A DNA stretch of 64,000 nt, taken from IMG/VR virus record IMGVR_UViG_3300042447_000416. The stretch is one strand, 5' to 3'. The number at the start of each line of letters is the position of its first letter. The stretch's first letter is position 1. A program made the translations under genes and the position numbers. The notes beneath the pieces are model-generated. The model was not told where the DNA came from. It searched no databases and worked only from the letters and a program-made list of their open reading frames with translations. Below, one piece after another: positions 1-8,044 of the stretch. This stretch comes from an uncultured virus (IMG/VR IMGVR_UViG_3300042447_000416) (Duplodnaviria > Heunggongvirae > Uroviricota > Caudoviricetes).

Positions 1-1601
1 GTATATTGACTTACAGGTCCAGACCAGTTAGCAACTCTAACAGTATAGGTAGCGCCTTCTGTCAAACCACTTAACTGAATAGATGCAGGAGCACCATCAG
101 TGTTTAAGGTTTGTCCTTCATATGGATTTTCTGCATCTGGATCATCTGTTACTACTTGATAGAACCAAGTGTTTGCTGTATACCCTGCTGGTAATTCAGG
201 TGTAATTGTTACAGTAGTGCCAGCAATAATTGGTTCCGCAAGTACTGGAGCGGGAGTAGGAATGTTATTATTGATGGCAGATGTTAATTGACCTGCTTTA
301 GTGTTTAATGTTGATTGCAAAGAAGTCTTTGTTGATACCGCTGAGTTTACGGTATTGGTTAAAGATGTTGTATTAATTGCATTTATATTAGAAGTATTTG
401 TTGTATTTTGAGCAACGACTGGAGTAAGGCTTGAGTTTAATTGTGCAATAGTTGCATTTGCTGCATCAACTGCAGCTTGAACTGTTCCTGTGTTTGGATC
501 TACATATGGAGTAAATGCTGCACCTTGACTTATTTGTCCAGCAAAACTTGCTCCAACATTAGTATCTGTAATTGCAGTTACTGTTCCACCAGTTGTTTCT
601 CTATAATTAAATCTTGCTTGATTTGGTATTGGCCCATTAGCAGTTACATCTGCTATCCATGCTCCATTATTAGGATTAATATCAGCATTAAATCTAATTT
701 GAACCATTTGTGTAGAAGCATCCTGTTGCGGAAATGGGCGAAGGTCCCAAGCAATATCTAAACTTGTTCCAGTAGTTGCATAAGTAATACCTGTTCCTGT
801 ACTCCAAGTTGTCCAGTCCCAGCCAGCAATAGATACAGAAGGTGCTCCTGGTGTATCCCAATACACATGACCTTCATTTGTTCCAAATGTTATAGTTGCA
901 TTAGATCCGACATAAACATTGTTATAAACGGTGCCACCCATTTGCATTCCGAATGGAAGATTCATTTGAACACCAGCATCGTCTACTCCAGCAAGCACAT
1001 TTGTACTAGTTCCTATAGTTGCTTGTAAATTATTTACCGCAGTCTGAGCAGCATCAATGGCAAGGTTTGCTTGGGTTAGTTCGGTTTGAGCAGTTGCCTG
1101 TGCTGTAGAGGCTTCTGTTTTTGCTGCAACGGCTTCAGATATTGCTGTCTGAGCTTCTGTTATTTGTGTTGTTATATTATTTATAGCAGTGGTTGCAGTA
1201 GTTACTGTAGCCTTTGCATCTTGAACTACCTGAGAACTTTGATCTATTGGGGTAACAGATAAATCAACACTACTAATAGTATTAATAGCAGTTTGAACGT
1301 TTGTGATTTCTGAATTAGCCACAGATATCTTTGATGCCACCTCTGCTGTGACACCTTGGGCTTGGGAGTATTCAGTTTGTGCCTGTGTTATCTCCACTAT
1401 GGCATTGTTTGTGGCTGTAGTGGCTTGTCCAACCTCTGTGGTTGCGGTAGTAATAGCGTCATTAACTGCTTGTTGAGCTGGACTAACAACAACTTGTTCT
1501 TGCCCGCCATTATCTGTAGCCCACGCATAACTTGGTCCAATAAAAAAGAGCCAACCTGTAACAAACAGGCTAGCTAAAAAATATTTTAACTTTCTAGTCA
1601 A
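1..1601 (-). CDS. Exported protein, truncated by the window edge: signal peptide, Ala/Thr/Gln coiled coil, beta-rich domain, FN3-like domain
   Basis: Not in the ORF track; hand-translated at both ends. TTG at 1601 gives MTRKLKYFLASLFVTGWLFFIGPSYAWA; the same frame reads LSGLTEGATYTVRVANWSG (FN3-like) at the edge. Confidence 0.75.
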   Translation of the reverse strand, partial: MTRKLKYFLASLFVTGWLFFIGPSYAWATDNGGQEQVVVSPAQQAVNDAITTATTEVGQATTATNNAIVEITQAQTEYSQAQGVTAEVASKISVANSEITNVQTAINTISSVDLSVTPIDQSSQVVQDAKATVTTATTAINNITTQITEAQTAISEAVAAKTEASTAQATAQTELTQANLAIDAAQTAVNNLQATIGTSTNVLAGVDDAGVQMNLPFGMQMGGTVYNNVYVGSNATITFGTNEGHVYWDTPGAPSVSIAGWDWTTWSTGTGITYATTGTSLDIAWDLRPFPQQDASTQMVQIRFNADINPNNGAWIADVTANGPIPNQARFNYRETTGGTVTAITDTNVGASFAGQISQGAAFTPYVDPNTGTVQAAVDAANATIAQLNSSLTPVVAQNTTNTSNINAINTTSLTNTVNSAVSTKTSLQSTLNTKAGQLTSAINNNIPTPAPVLAEPIIAGTTVTITPELPAGYTANTWFYQVVTDDPDAENPYEGQTLNTDGAPASIQLSGLTEGATYTVRVANWSGPVSQY

Positions 1602-1667
1602 TTAGGATCCCCTAAGTAATGCAATACTTTTGCTTACTTAGTAATTATAACATAATTTTAGTTTAAA

Positions 1668-1856
1668 TTACTTAGGGTTATCTGTTTTGTAAAAACCATT
1701 TCCTTTAAACTTTATGCCAAAAGGACTAAAATGTCTAATCATTTTTGAATTGCATTCTTGACACAAATAACCTGGATCATCTTCTGATATAGATCTTGTT
1801 ACTGCAAGAAGTGCGTGTGCATCATCTTGATTACATTTATATTCGTATACTGGCAT
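1668..1856 (-). CDS. FmdB-family zinc-ribbon protein
   Basis: MPVYEYKC...CQEC...FKGNGFYKTD signature. Confidence 0.8.
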   Translation of the reverse strand: MPVYEYKCNQDDAHALLAVTRSISEDDPGYLCQECNSKMIRHFSPFGIKFKGNGFYKTDNPK

Positions 1857-2059
1857 TACTTTCTACCCCATTGAATCATATTCCAACCACGTTCGTGTGC
1901 ATAGTAGATAAATACTTTAACTACTGTTTCCCAAAACGCAATTGTTACAGAAAGTGAAGCATTCTTTGTTATAACATAAGCAACTGCAACAGATGACAAT
2001 GTTCCCCAAATGCGGTAACTTAATGCCTTAGTAAGCGATCTTGCTCTTGTTACTGTCAT
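1856..2059 (-). CDS. DUF2061-like small membrane protein
   Basis: RSLTKALSYR...YYAHERGW motif with two hydrophobic segments. Confidence 0.75.
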   Translation of the reverse strand: MTVTRARSLTKALSYRIWGTLSSVAVAYVITKNASLSVTIAFWETVVKVFIYYAHERGWNMIQWGRK

Positions 2060-2148
2060 TCACCGTCACCATATCCACCATACTTATGTGAAAAGTAAAT
2101 AAGAAATAATCCAAACAAAGATAAAGAAATTATTTCTAAAATGTTCAT
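2056..2148 (-). CDS. Small membrane peptide (30 aa)
   Basis: Hand-translated MNILEIISLSLFGLFLIYFSHKYGGYGDGE*; ATGA overlaps with both neighbours. Confidence 0.55.
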   Translation of the reverse strand: MNILEIISLSLFGLFLIYFSHKYGGYGDGE

Positions 2149-2906
2149 ATGCCCATCTCCTTGCGTTTTTGTGTAGCAGAAATAGCATGAATATCTGCCC
2201 CCAAATCTACTTGCTCAATCTTATATCCTACATCACGACCATATACGATGTTAGTAATGTTAGGAAGTCTTAATACCAATGCGCCATCCATAAATTCATC
2301 CTTAGCAATATACTCTTTAACCTGATCGAACTTAAGCGGATCTTTTTCACTTGTGTTGTATGTATTACGGACTCCAAGAAGAACTTGGTCTGTTCTCTTC
2401 CCCGCCTCTTTGTAAAGAGCGTGGTGGCCTTCGTGCCAAGGCTGGTATCTCCCTAGCATAAGTGTTGTTGGTGCAGACCAATCGTGTAATTCAAATGTTT
2501 TTATAAGAATGCTAGCCTTTTCATTTTGATCTAAATCATGGTTGCTAAATTTAAAGTCATATGCTTCTGGCTTTTCAAACATCCTGTTGGTGTCTTCAAA
2601 GCGACCCTCTGTAATAGTATCCATAAAGATCAAGATATCTGGCTTACCAAATGCCTGTCTGGTGCCTTCTGTGGGACACACAAAATCTACAATTACTGGA
2701 GCTACACCTTGCTTTGATATTAGTCTAGCCATTTCTCCCATACGACGAGATTGTTCTAGTCTATCTTCTGGAGTAAATCCTAGATCTGAGTTAACAGTTG
2801 CTCTTACTTCATCTGCATTAAAATGAATGGCGTTAATTCTTTCCTTTAAAGCTTTTGCCAACTCTGTCTTACCAGAACCTGGTAGCCCAATAATTTGAAT
2901 AATCAT
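2145..2906 (-). CDS. APS-kinase-like P-loop kinase fused to an HxGH nucleotidyltransferase domain
   Basis: GLPGSGKT P-loop and DLGF..EDR; C-terminal GRYQPWHEGH and ISATQKR; start moved to MIIQII. Confidence 0.8.
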   Translation of the reverse strand: MIIQIIGLPGSGKTELAKALKERINAIHFNADEVRATVNSDLGFTPEDRLEQSRRMGEMARLISKQGVAPVIVDFVCPTEGTRQAFGKPDILIFMDTITEGRFEDTNRMFEKPEAYDFKFSNHDLDQNEKASILIKTFELHDWSAPTTLMLGRYQPWHEGHHALYKEAGKRTDQVLLGVRNTYNTSEKDPLKFDQVKEYIAKDEFMDGALVLRLPNITNIVYGRDVGYKIEQVDLGADIHAISATQKRKEMGI

Positions 2907-2924
2907 ATCAATCTCTCTGTTAGT

Positions 2925-2952
2925 GAGCAGTTTAAGGACATACTCAGGTCTC
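2925..2952 (-). ncRNA. Candidate H-type pseudoknot motif, copy 1
   Basis: GAC-CUGAGUAU-GUC-CUUAAAC-UGCUC; covarying second copy at 5251-5283. Confidence 0.5.
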
Positions 2953-2956
2953 AATG

Positions 2957-3373
2957 TTATTTGATTTTTAAAATTTTAGGCTGTTTCTCTTTAGGTAGAT
3001 TTCTAATCATACGGATATTAAGCATTCCGTCTTTTAGCTCTACATTTGAAACTTCCATGTATTCACTTAATTCAAAGATTCTTGTGAACTTACGTGCAGC
3101 AATTCCTTTGTGAACTACCTCTGCATCTGTTACCTCTGTAATTTCACCTGTAATCCAAAGACTTCCGTCTTCAATTGATACAGTTAGATCTTCTCTTGTA
3201 AATCCAGCAACTGCCAGCGTAAGCTGATAGTTATCTTCGTCCAGCTTTAGCAAATCATAAGGCGGGAATGCTGTATTGTTTACTTTACTTAAGTTATTAA
3301 AACGTTCCAACTCTCGGTTGAAACCAATAAAAAATGGATCCTTAAACAGATCCATTGCAAATTGTGTTACCAT
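2957..3373 (-). CDS. hsp20: Small heat shock protein (Hsp20/IbpA-like)
   Basis: FPPYD, LAVAGF, HKGIAARKFTRIF, LKDGML alpha-crystallin motifs. Confidence 0.93.
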   Translation of the reverse strand: MVTQFAMDLFKDPFFIGFNRELERFNNLSKVNNTAFPPYDLLKLDEDNYQLTLAVAGFTREDLTVSIEDGSLWITGEITEVTDAEVVHKGIAARKFTRIFELSEYMEVSNVELKDGMLNIRMIRNLPKEKQPKILKIK

Positions 3374-3379
3374 TTTGTG

Positions 3380-3427
3380 CTCCTTTTAAGCGAGTTAAAT
3401 TAGTACCCCCATTTGGCAGGTACTAAT
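3380..3427 (-). promoter_or_regulatory. ROSE-like RNA thermometer leader of hsp20
   Basis: 5' hairpin ATTAGTACC/GGTACTAAT, then CTCGCTTAAAAGGAG with UCGCU pairing to the SD. Confidence 0.55.
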
Positions 3428-3430
3428 GTA

Positions 3431-4207
3431 TTATATCATTACCTTTGAAATTATGCTAGTCAATATCTTATCATAATACTTAGGGGTCAAATGATCATTG
3501 TATGCCATATTTATTGGTTTTTTAAATTGCATGTCTGGCTCTATCCATTCAGCATTAAGAATTTCAGAAATATTAATTGGTTCATCTAAACCAGAGGATA
3601 TGCACTTGCTCTTTAGTTTTTCAGTAAATTCTAAATGATAGGAATATCTATCTTCAAACTGTATTTCTGGGTCACTTGAGAAGACTGACCATTTTGTTGT
3701 TGCTACAACTAAAAATTGTGGCATAGGGTTTATAAATACTATTTTAGACTTTTTAAACTTTTTAATAGTTTTTTCTACATACGCATCAACAACTTGTTCG
3801 GTGTTTTTATAATTATTTAGATTGGTTTGAGGAAGCCAGTTTTTTATATCTATATATCCGTACCATGGCATAACAACACTATCTTTACTGTCCCATTGAG
3901 AAGTATAATCATAAAAATCATAATCTAGATTTAATGCAGATCTTCCTGGTGTGCTTGCTATGCTAATACTTTTGTCTTCAGATTCTATAGATGCTAGGCT
4001 ATAGGAAATTACATGAAAATCGTTATTGCCATTTGCATCTATATGATCAACAACTTCCTCGCATATGTTAAAATTTCTGCGAGTATAATCCTTTGGATTC
4101 ACATTTATAAACTTTTCGCTTGGCGCATATTTTTTATACATATTGTCAAATAGTACCTTAGACATTTTGCCAGCGTGTGAATCTCCTGTTATATATAAGG
4201 ACTTCAT
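3431..4207 (-). CDS. Hypothetical protein, possibly SGNH-hydrolase-like
   Basis: N-terminal LYITGDSH and C-terminal NDHL motifs only. Confidence 0.45.
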   Translation of the reverse strand: MKSLYITGDSHAGKMSKVLFDNMYKKYAPSEKFINVNPKDYTRRNFNICEEVVDHIDANGNNDFHVISYSLASIESEDKSISIASTPGRSALNLDYDFYDYTSQWDSKDSVVMPWYGYIDIKNWLPQTNLNNYKNTEQVVDAYVEKTIKKFKKSKIVFINPMPQFLVVATTKWSVFSSDPEIQFEDRYSYHLEFTEKLKSKCISSGLDEPINISEILNAEWIEPDMQFKKPINMAYNDHLTPKYYDKILTSIISKVMI

Positions 4208-4208
4208 G

Positions 4209-4616
4209 TTATTTTTTAGATTTAGACCTGGCTTTAGATAATGCCTCGAAGTCTTTAACCTTAGTGTCTCCTAGATACCCCCAGGCATATCCGTCGTTAA
4301 TCATTTTTTGATTTATTGAAATTTCTGATCCATCTAAAAATACCCACCCAAGAATTCTTCCGTATTTTTCAGATGAGTCCATTTTTTCTGTTTTAATTAC
4401 AACGGTTTTAGATGCATCAATTGCTTTTTTTAAGTACTCTTTAGACTCAAGGCCTAAAGCTTTTTCTATTTTATCTGTAGTACGACTTTCGGGGGTATCA
4501 ATTCCAGCTAATCTAACTCTTGAGCTAAAGGAAATGTCAAAGCCAAGGTCTATGTCCACATCAATAGTATCTCCATCAACAACCTTGCTTACTTTTTTTA
4601 CATAATATTCAAACAT
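4209..4616 (-). CDS. SNase/thermonuclease-family nuclease
   Basis: VVDGDTI, VRLAGIDTPE, KYGRILG, GYA. Confidence 0.9.
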   Translation of the reverse strand: MFEYYVKKVSKVVDGDTIDVDIDLGFDISFSSRVRLAGIDTPESRTTDKIEKALGLESKEYLKKAIDASKTVVIKTEKMDSSEKYGRILGWVFLDGSEISINQKMINDGYAWGYLGDTKVKDFEALSKARSKSKK

Positions 4617-4619
4617 GTT

Positions 4620-5231
4620 TTACTCCACGGGATTTTCATATAGATATGCAGAAGTTACAAATCTTTCACCTGAAATAAGAGTTTTAACACCATGCTCTAA
4701 ATTACTAGGGAATATTAATACCGAAGCCGTTTCTGGCTTTACAATTAAATTTAAATCAGGAAATTCTAATTCGCCGCCATCAAAATTTTCGTTAAACCAT
4801 AGAAGTGCTGTAAACGCTGGCTCAAGGCCAACTCCACCATCATTATGTGCAAACATAAATGACCCTTCTGTATATTTACGCACAACCATATTTTTTTGAT
4901 CTACCCAAGTACGTTCTGGCATCCAATTTATATCTATATTATTCTCAATTGGCGATGTAATATTTAAAGAAAGCCTTTCTTTATTTTTTTCAACATAATC
5001 TTCAAATACATTTTTAAATATAGCCATGACGTCATAATAATGACTCATATTTGGCCAAACAATCACAGCGGCGCCTTTAATTCCACTATGGCATTCTGTA
5101 CCATCTGGATTTAAACCATTTGTATATTCAAACCAATTGTTTTGTTCTTGTATTTTTTTTAACAATATAGAGATATTTTCATCTACATTTTTATAATACC
5201 AGATATCCTCCGTCAGCCTAACGTGTTCCAT
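4620..5231 (-). CDS. 2OG-Fe(II) oxygenase (P4H-like)
   Basis: HND, FDGGELEF, HGVK, R(F); SD AAGGAG. Confidence 0.85.
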   Translation of the reverse strand: MEHVRLTEDIWYYKNVDENISILLKKIQEQNNWFEYTNGLNPDGTECHSGIKGAAVIVWPNMSHYYDVMAIFKNVFEDYVEKNKERLSLNITSPIENNIDINWMPERTWVDQKNMVVRKYTEGSFMFAHNDGGVGLEPAFTALLWFNENFDGGELEFPDLNLIVKPETASVLIFPSNLEHGVKTLISGERFVTSAYLYENPVE

Positions 5232-5250
5232 TTTTCTCCTTTAAAATAAA

Positions 5251-5347
5251 GAGCAGTTTTTAAAAAGTCATGCTCAGGACTATGTCAGATATTTAACGTC
5301 GCTGTCTCCTCCGACAAATCTGCGACTCCCCGATGAAGGGGTGCAGA
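5251..5347 (-). ncRNA. Candidate structured RNA or leader containing pseudoknot motif copy 2
   Basis: GC-rich non-coding stretch behind TATAAT (5353-5358) with several possible pairings. Confidence 0.5.
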
Positions 5348-5361
5348 ATACTATTATACTA

Positions 5362-6405
5362 CTAAACCCTACTACCAGACTCTCTAGCAGAAGATGGGGA
5401 AACCTCTATATACTCCAAATTACTTTGAAATTCTTTTATATTAGGCGCACCTGAATATGTAAATGCGCTTCTTATATTATTCAATATATTGTATATGCCT
5501 TCTAATGCTGGGCCTTTAGGATTTACTTCACCAGTAACCCCTTCAAAGCTTATTATAGGATTTTTTACATCCTCTATCCCTTTTTCTTTTAATATATATT
5601 CCCTTGATGCCAATCCACTAAGATAATATTTCCCGTCTATGGATTCGCATTCGTTATGTCCAGCAAGCATCGATCCTAGCATAACAGCACTTGCACCAGC
5701 ACCCAAAGCCTTTACTATATCGCCAGAATTTTTAATACCGCCATCTGCAACTATTCCATTTACATAATCATTTTTTACATGTTCATAAATATTCATTATA
5801 GAGGCTAGCGTTGGCGCCCCAAAGCCCGTTACAAGCCTTGTAGTGCAGGCTGCGCCTCCTCCTATTCCTACACGTACAGAATCAGCTCCAGCATCCATTA
5901 GCATTTTGTATGCACCGTACGACGCTACATTTCCACACATTATATGTGTGCTAGATGGCACCATTGATCTTAAATCAGATACACAATCTGCTGCTAACTT
6001 TAAATGTCCATTTGCAACATCTAATAAAATAATCTTAATTCCTTTAGAAACAATTATATCTATTGTTTTGCAGTCATAAATATCTGCAGTAGTTATTGTT
6101 ATTCCAATTGTATTTTTGTTTATATCACAGGATTTTTTTAACTTTATGTCTAAATTTTCTGACCTACATGTCATTCCAATTGATCCAGATTTATTAAGTG
6201 CATAAAGCATTTCATAAGAAGATATGGAATCCATTGGAGCAGAAATAATAGGGCCATTAAGATTTAATATTGCATCTGGATTGTTTGGGTTGCCAATTTT
6301 TGTGGTCAGATCTATGTGCGATCTGCTTATTACTGGAGATGAATCATGAGGAATCAATAATATGTCGTCAAAACATAAACCATTAATTGAAGTATTTTTT
6401 TTCAT
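5362..6405 (-). CDS. IMP dehydrogenase / GMP reductase family protein without CBS domains
   Basis: FDDILL, SAPMD, DVANGH, GIGGGAACTTR catalytic loop, ADGGIKNSGDIVKAL, EGV. Confidence 0.9.
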   Translation of the reverse strand: MKKNTSINGLCFDDILLIPHDSSPVISRSHIDLTTKIGNPNNPDAILNLNGPIISAPMDSISSYEMLYALNKSGSIGMTCRSENLDIKLKKSCDINKNTIGITITTADIYDCKTIDIIVSKGIKIILLDVANGHLKLAADCVSDLRSMVPSSTHIMCGNVASYGAYKMLMDAGADSVRVGIGGGAACTTRLVTGFGAPTLASIMNIYEHVKNDYVNGIVADGGIKNSGDIVKALGAGASAVMLGSMLAGHNECESIDGKYYLSGLASREYILKEKGIEDVKNPIISFEGVTGEVNPKGPALEGIYNILNNIRSAFTYSGAPNIKEFQSNLEYIEVSPSSARESGSRV

Positions 6406-6415
6406 TGCTGGGCCT

Positions 6416-7102
6416 TTACTTTAATATTTTTACAGCTACTGCGTGTTCTGAATAAGCTATATACTTATAGTTTATTGAATTTTGTAAAACAAATTCTTGA
6501 AAAGCTTTATATTCGTGATTTCTCCAATTTGGATAACCAAAGTACTCATCGAATATAATTATTGTGTTTTCCCGAATTAAGTCATTTAAATTGCTTAATG
6601 CGTCAATGGTTGGGTCATACATGTCTGAGTCCATGTGAATTAAATCTATTCCTTCTTTAAAATTATTGTTTTTAAAAAATTCTGGGACAGTATCTTTGTA
6701 TAAGCCATTGTAAATAGTAACATTTTTTTTAACCGATGGACTTTTTCCATTTAAATTAAACATACCTTTAGCCAAATTCCAGCCAGACCAATCTTTGTCA
6801 AGTCCTAGGAAAGAATCGAAACCAAACACGGAAGCTTTAGGTAACTCCTTTGCAAAATAATTAATTGAATTACCAGACCAAACTCCAAATTCTACTACAA
6901 CCGCTTCGCTTTTGTTTTTTATTAAATTACAACAATATTTTCTTAAGTGTTCTCTATTCGAAAACATCATTGCTTCTTGCATTTTTTCTATAGCATAATT
7001 CGCCGAGTCTTTAGCTGCATGATGCAGTATTTGATACATTACTCCAGGGAAATTTTGTATCCCAAATTCATCTGCAGCTACAATATCTCTTTGAAATTCC
7101 AT
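6416..7102 (-). CDS. TylF/MycF-like class I SAM methyltransferase
   Basis: EFGVWSGNS, GFDSFLGL, IHMDSDMY, IIFDEY. Confidence 0.85.
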   Translation of the reverse strand: MEFQRDIVAADEFGIQNFPGVMYQILHHAAKDSANYAIEKMQEAMMFSNREHLRKYCCNLIKNKSEAVVVEFGVWSGNSINYFAKELPKASVFGFDSFLGLDKDWSGWNLAKGMFNLNGKSPSVKKNVTIYNGLYKDTVPEFFKNNNFKEGIDLIHMDSDMYDPTIDALSNLNDLIRENTIIIFDEYFGYPNWRNHEYKAFQEFVLQNSINYKYIAYSEHAVAVKILK

Positions 7103-7113
7103 AGAATATTACG

Positions 7114-7584
7114 TTAGTCCTTTAATGATTTCCATGGATTTGGCGGCAACTTAAGGCTTGATTCTAAGAACCAATTCCATTCCATATGTTTTTTAGTTGC
7201 TAAATTTAAATGTTCAAGCAATGAGAATTGTTTTTGTATCATAGCAAGTTCTGATAAAACCTTTAACTCTTCAATGACTTTTTTATTAATTGGAACCAAA
7301 TGCGTTGCCATTTCAACCCCACAGTACGTATCTGGCTTCACATTGCCAAGAGTTTGGTGATATGAAAATTCTTCTAATGTATATGGTGCTTCCGCTCCAA
7401 GCCTTCTTAACCATAATGATGTTTCCATCAAAATTTCGTCGGCAGTGAGATACATTTCTTTGTAGACAATTTGTGATTGTCTCATCAGTACAGATTCTGT
7501 ATTAAGATAAAAACCTTTTACCAAATTCATAAATACTACAGAATTAGATTGGAATGATTGTAAAGATTTAATTAATTGTTTCAT
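7114..7584 (-). CDS. Dps/ferritin-like protein with degenerate ferroxidase site
   Basis: Dps size and motifs LRRLGAEAP.TL.EF and H.EWNWFLES; HWN replaced by YLN. Confidence 0.6.
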   Translation of the reverse strand: MKQLIKSLQSFQSNSVVFMNLVKGFYLNTESVLMRQSQIVYKEMYLTADEILMETSLWLRRLGAEAPYTLEEFSYHQTLGNVKPDTYCGVEMATHLVPINKKVIEELKVLSELAMIQKQFSLLEHLNLATKKHMEWNWFLESSLKLPPNPWKSLKD

Positions 7585-7633
7585 AATATCAGTATACCAT
7601 TTTCTGTTATAAAATTGCTAGTGTTAGCAAATT

Positions 7634-7708
7634 TGGAGCCCCCCGTCAGGATTGAACTGACGACCTACGCATTACAAGTGCGTTGCTCTACCACTGAGCT
7701 AGAGAGGC
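7634..7708 (-). tRNA. tRNA-Thr(UGU)
   Basis: Full cloverleaf GCCTCTCTAGCTCAGTGGTAGAGC...CTTGTAA...GTTCAATC...CCA. Confidence 0.95.
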
Positions 7709-7713
7709 TTTTG

Positions 7714-7787
7714 TGCGACAGGTAGGACTCGAACCTACGATTACCGAATTATGAGTTCGGGGCTTTAACCAACTAAGCTACTGGCGC
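7714..7787 (-). tRNA. tRNA with CAU anticodon (probably Ile2, possibly elongator Met); CCA not encoded
   Basis: GCGCCAGTAGCTTAGTTGGTTAAAGC...CTCATAA...GTTCGAGTC; G1-C72 paired, so not fMet. Confidence 0.85.
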
Positions 7788-7807
7788 CTTAATTCAATTG
7801 TACTATA

Positions 7808-8044
7808 TTAATGCTGGCTGTCAATAACAGACTCTACTATTTGCTGTACATATTCAGAAAAATGTTTTCTTATATTGCCAGCTGGCCTCGAACCGTATGA
7901 CTCCCATATTCTTTTATATTCAATTACATTATCGTATGTTGTTGGACATAAAATAACTTTATTATATTTTTTTAGTGTTGTAGGAAGTGGTACGTGCTTT
8001 GTGCAACATTTACATTCCTTGGCTCTTTCTTGGTACTCGCTCAT
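7808..8044 (-). CDS. Hypothetical Cys-containing protein
   Basis: Coupled to the terminase stop; CKCC...CP. Confidence 0.6.
   Translation of the reverse strand: MSEYQERAKECKCCTKHVPLPTTLKKYNKVILCPTTYDNVIEYKRIWESYGSRPAGNIRKHFSEYVQQIVESVIDSQH

Noticed and set aside
2907..2954. N-terminal extension of the kinase ORF in the track
   Set aside because: It overlaps the pseudoknot motif, and the P-loop domain begins at the Met at 2906.
5286..5330. Pistol ribozyme or ZTP/SAH riboswitch assignment
   Set aside because: Only fragments resemble them (GCGACGUUAAAUA, GGGGAGUCGC); the remaining consensus elements are missing, so it is kept as an unknown RNA.
7612..7632. CIRCE-like inverted repeat
   Set aside because: TTGCTA-N4-TAGCAA does not fit TTAGCACTC-N9-GAGTGCTAA; probably a hairpin after the tRNA.
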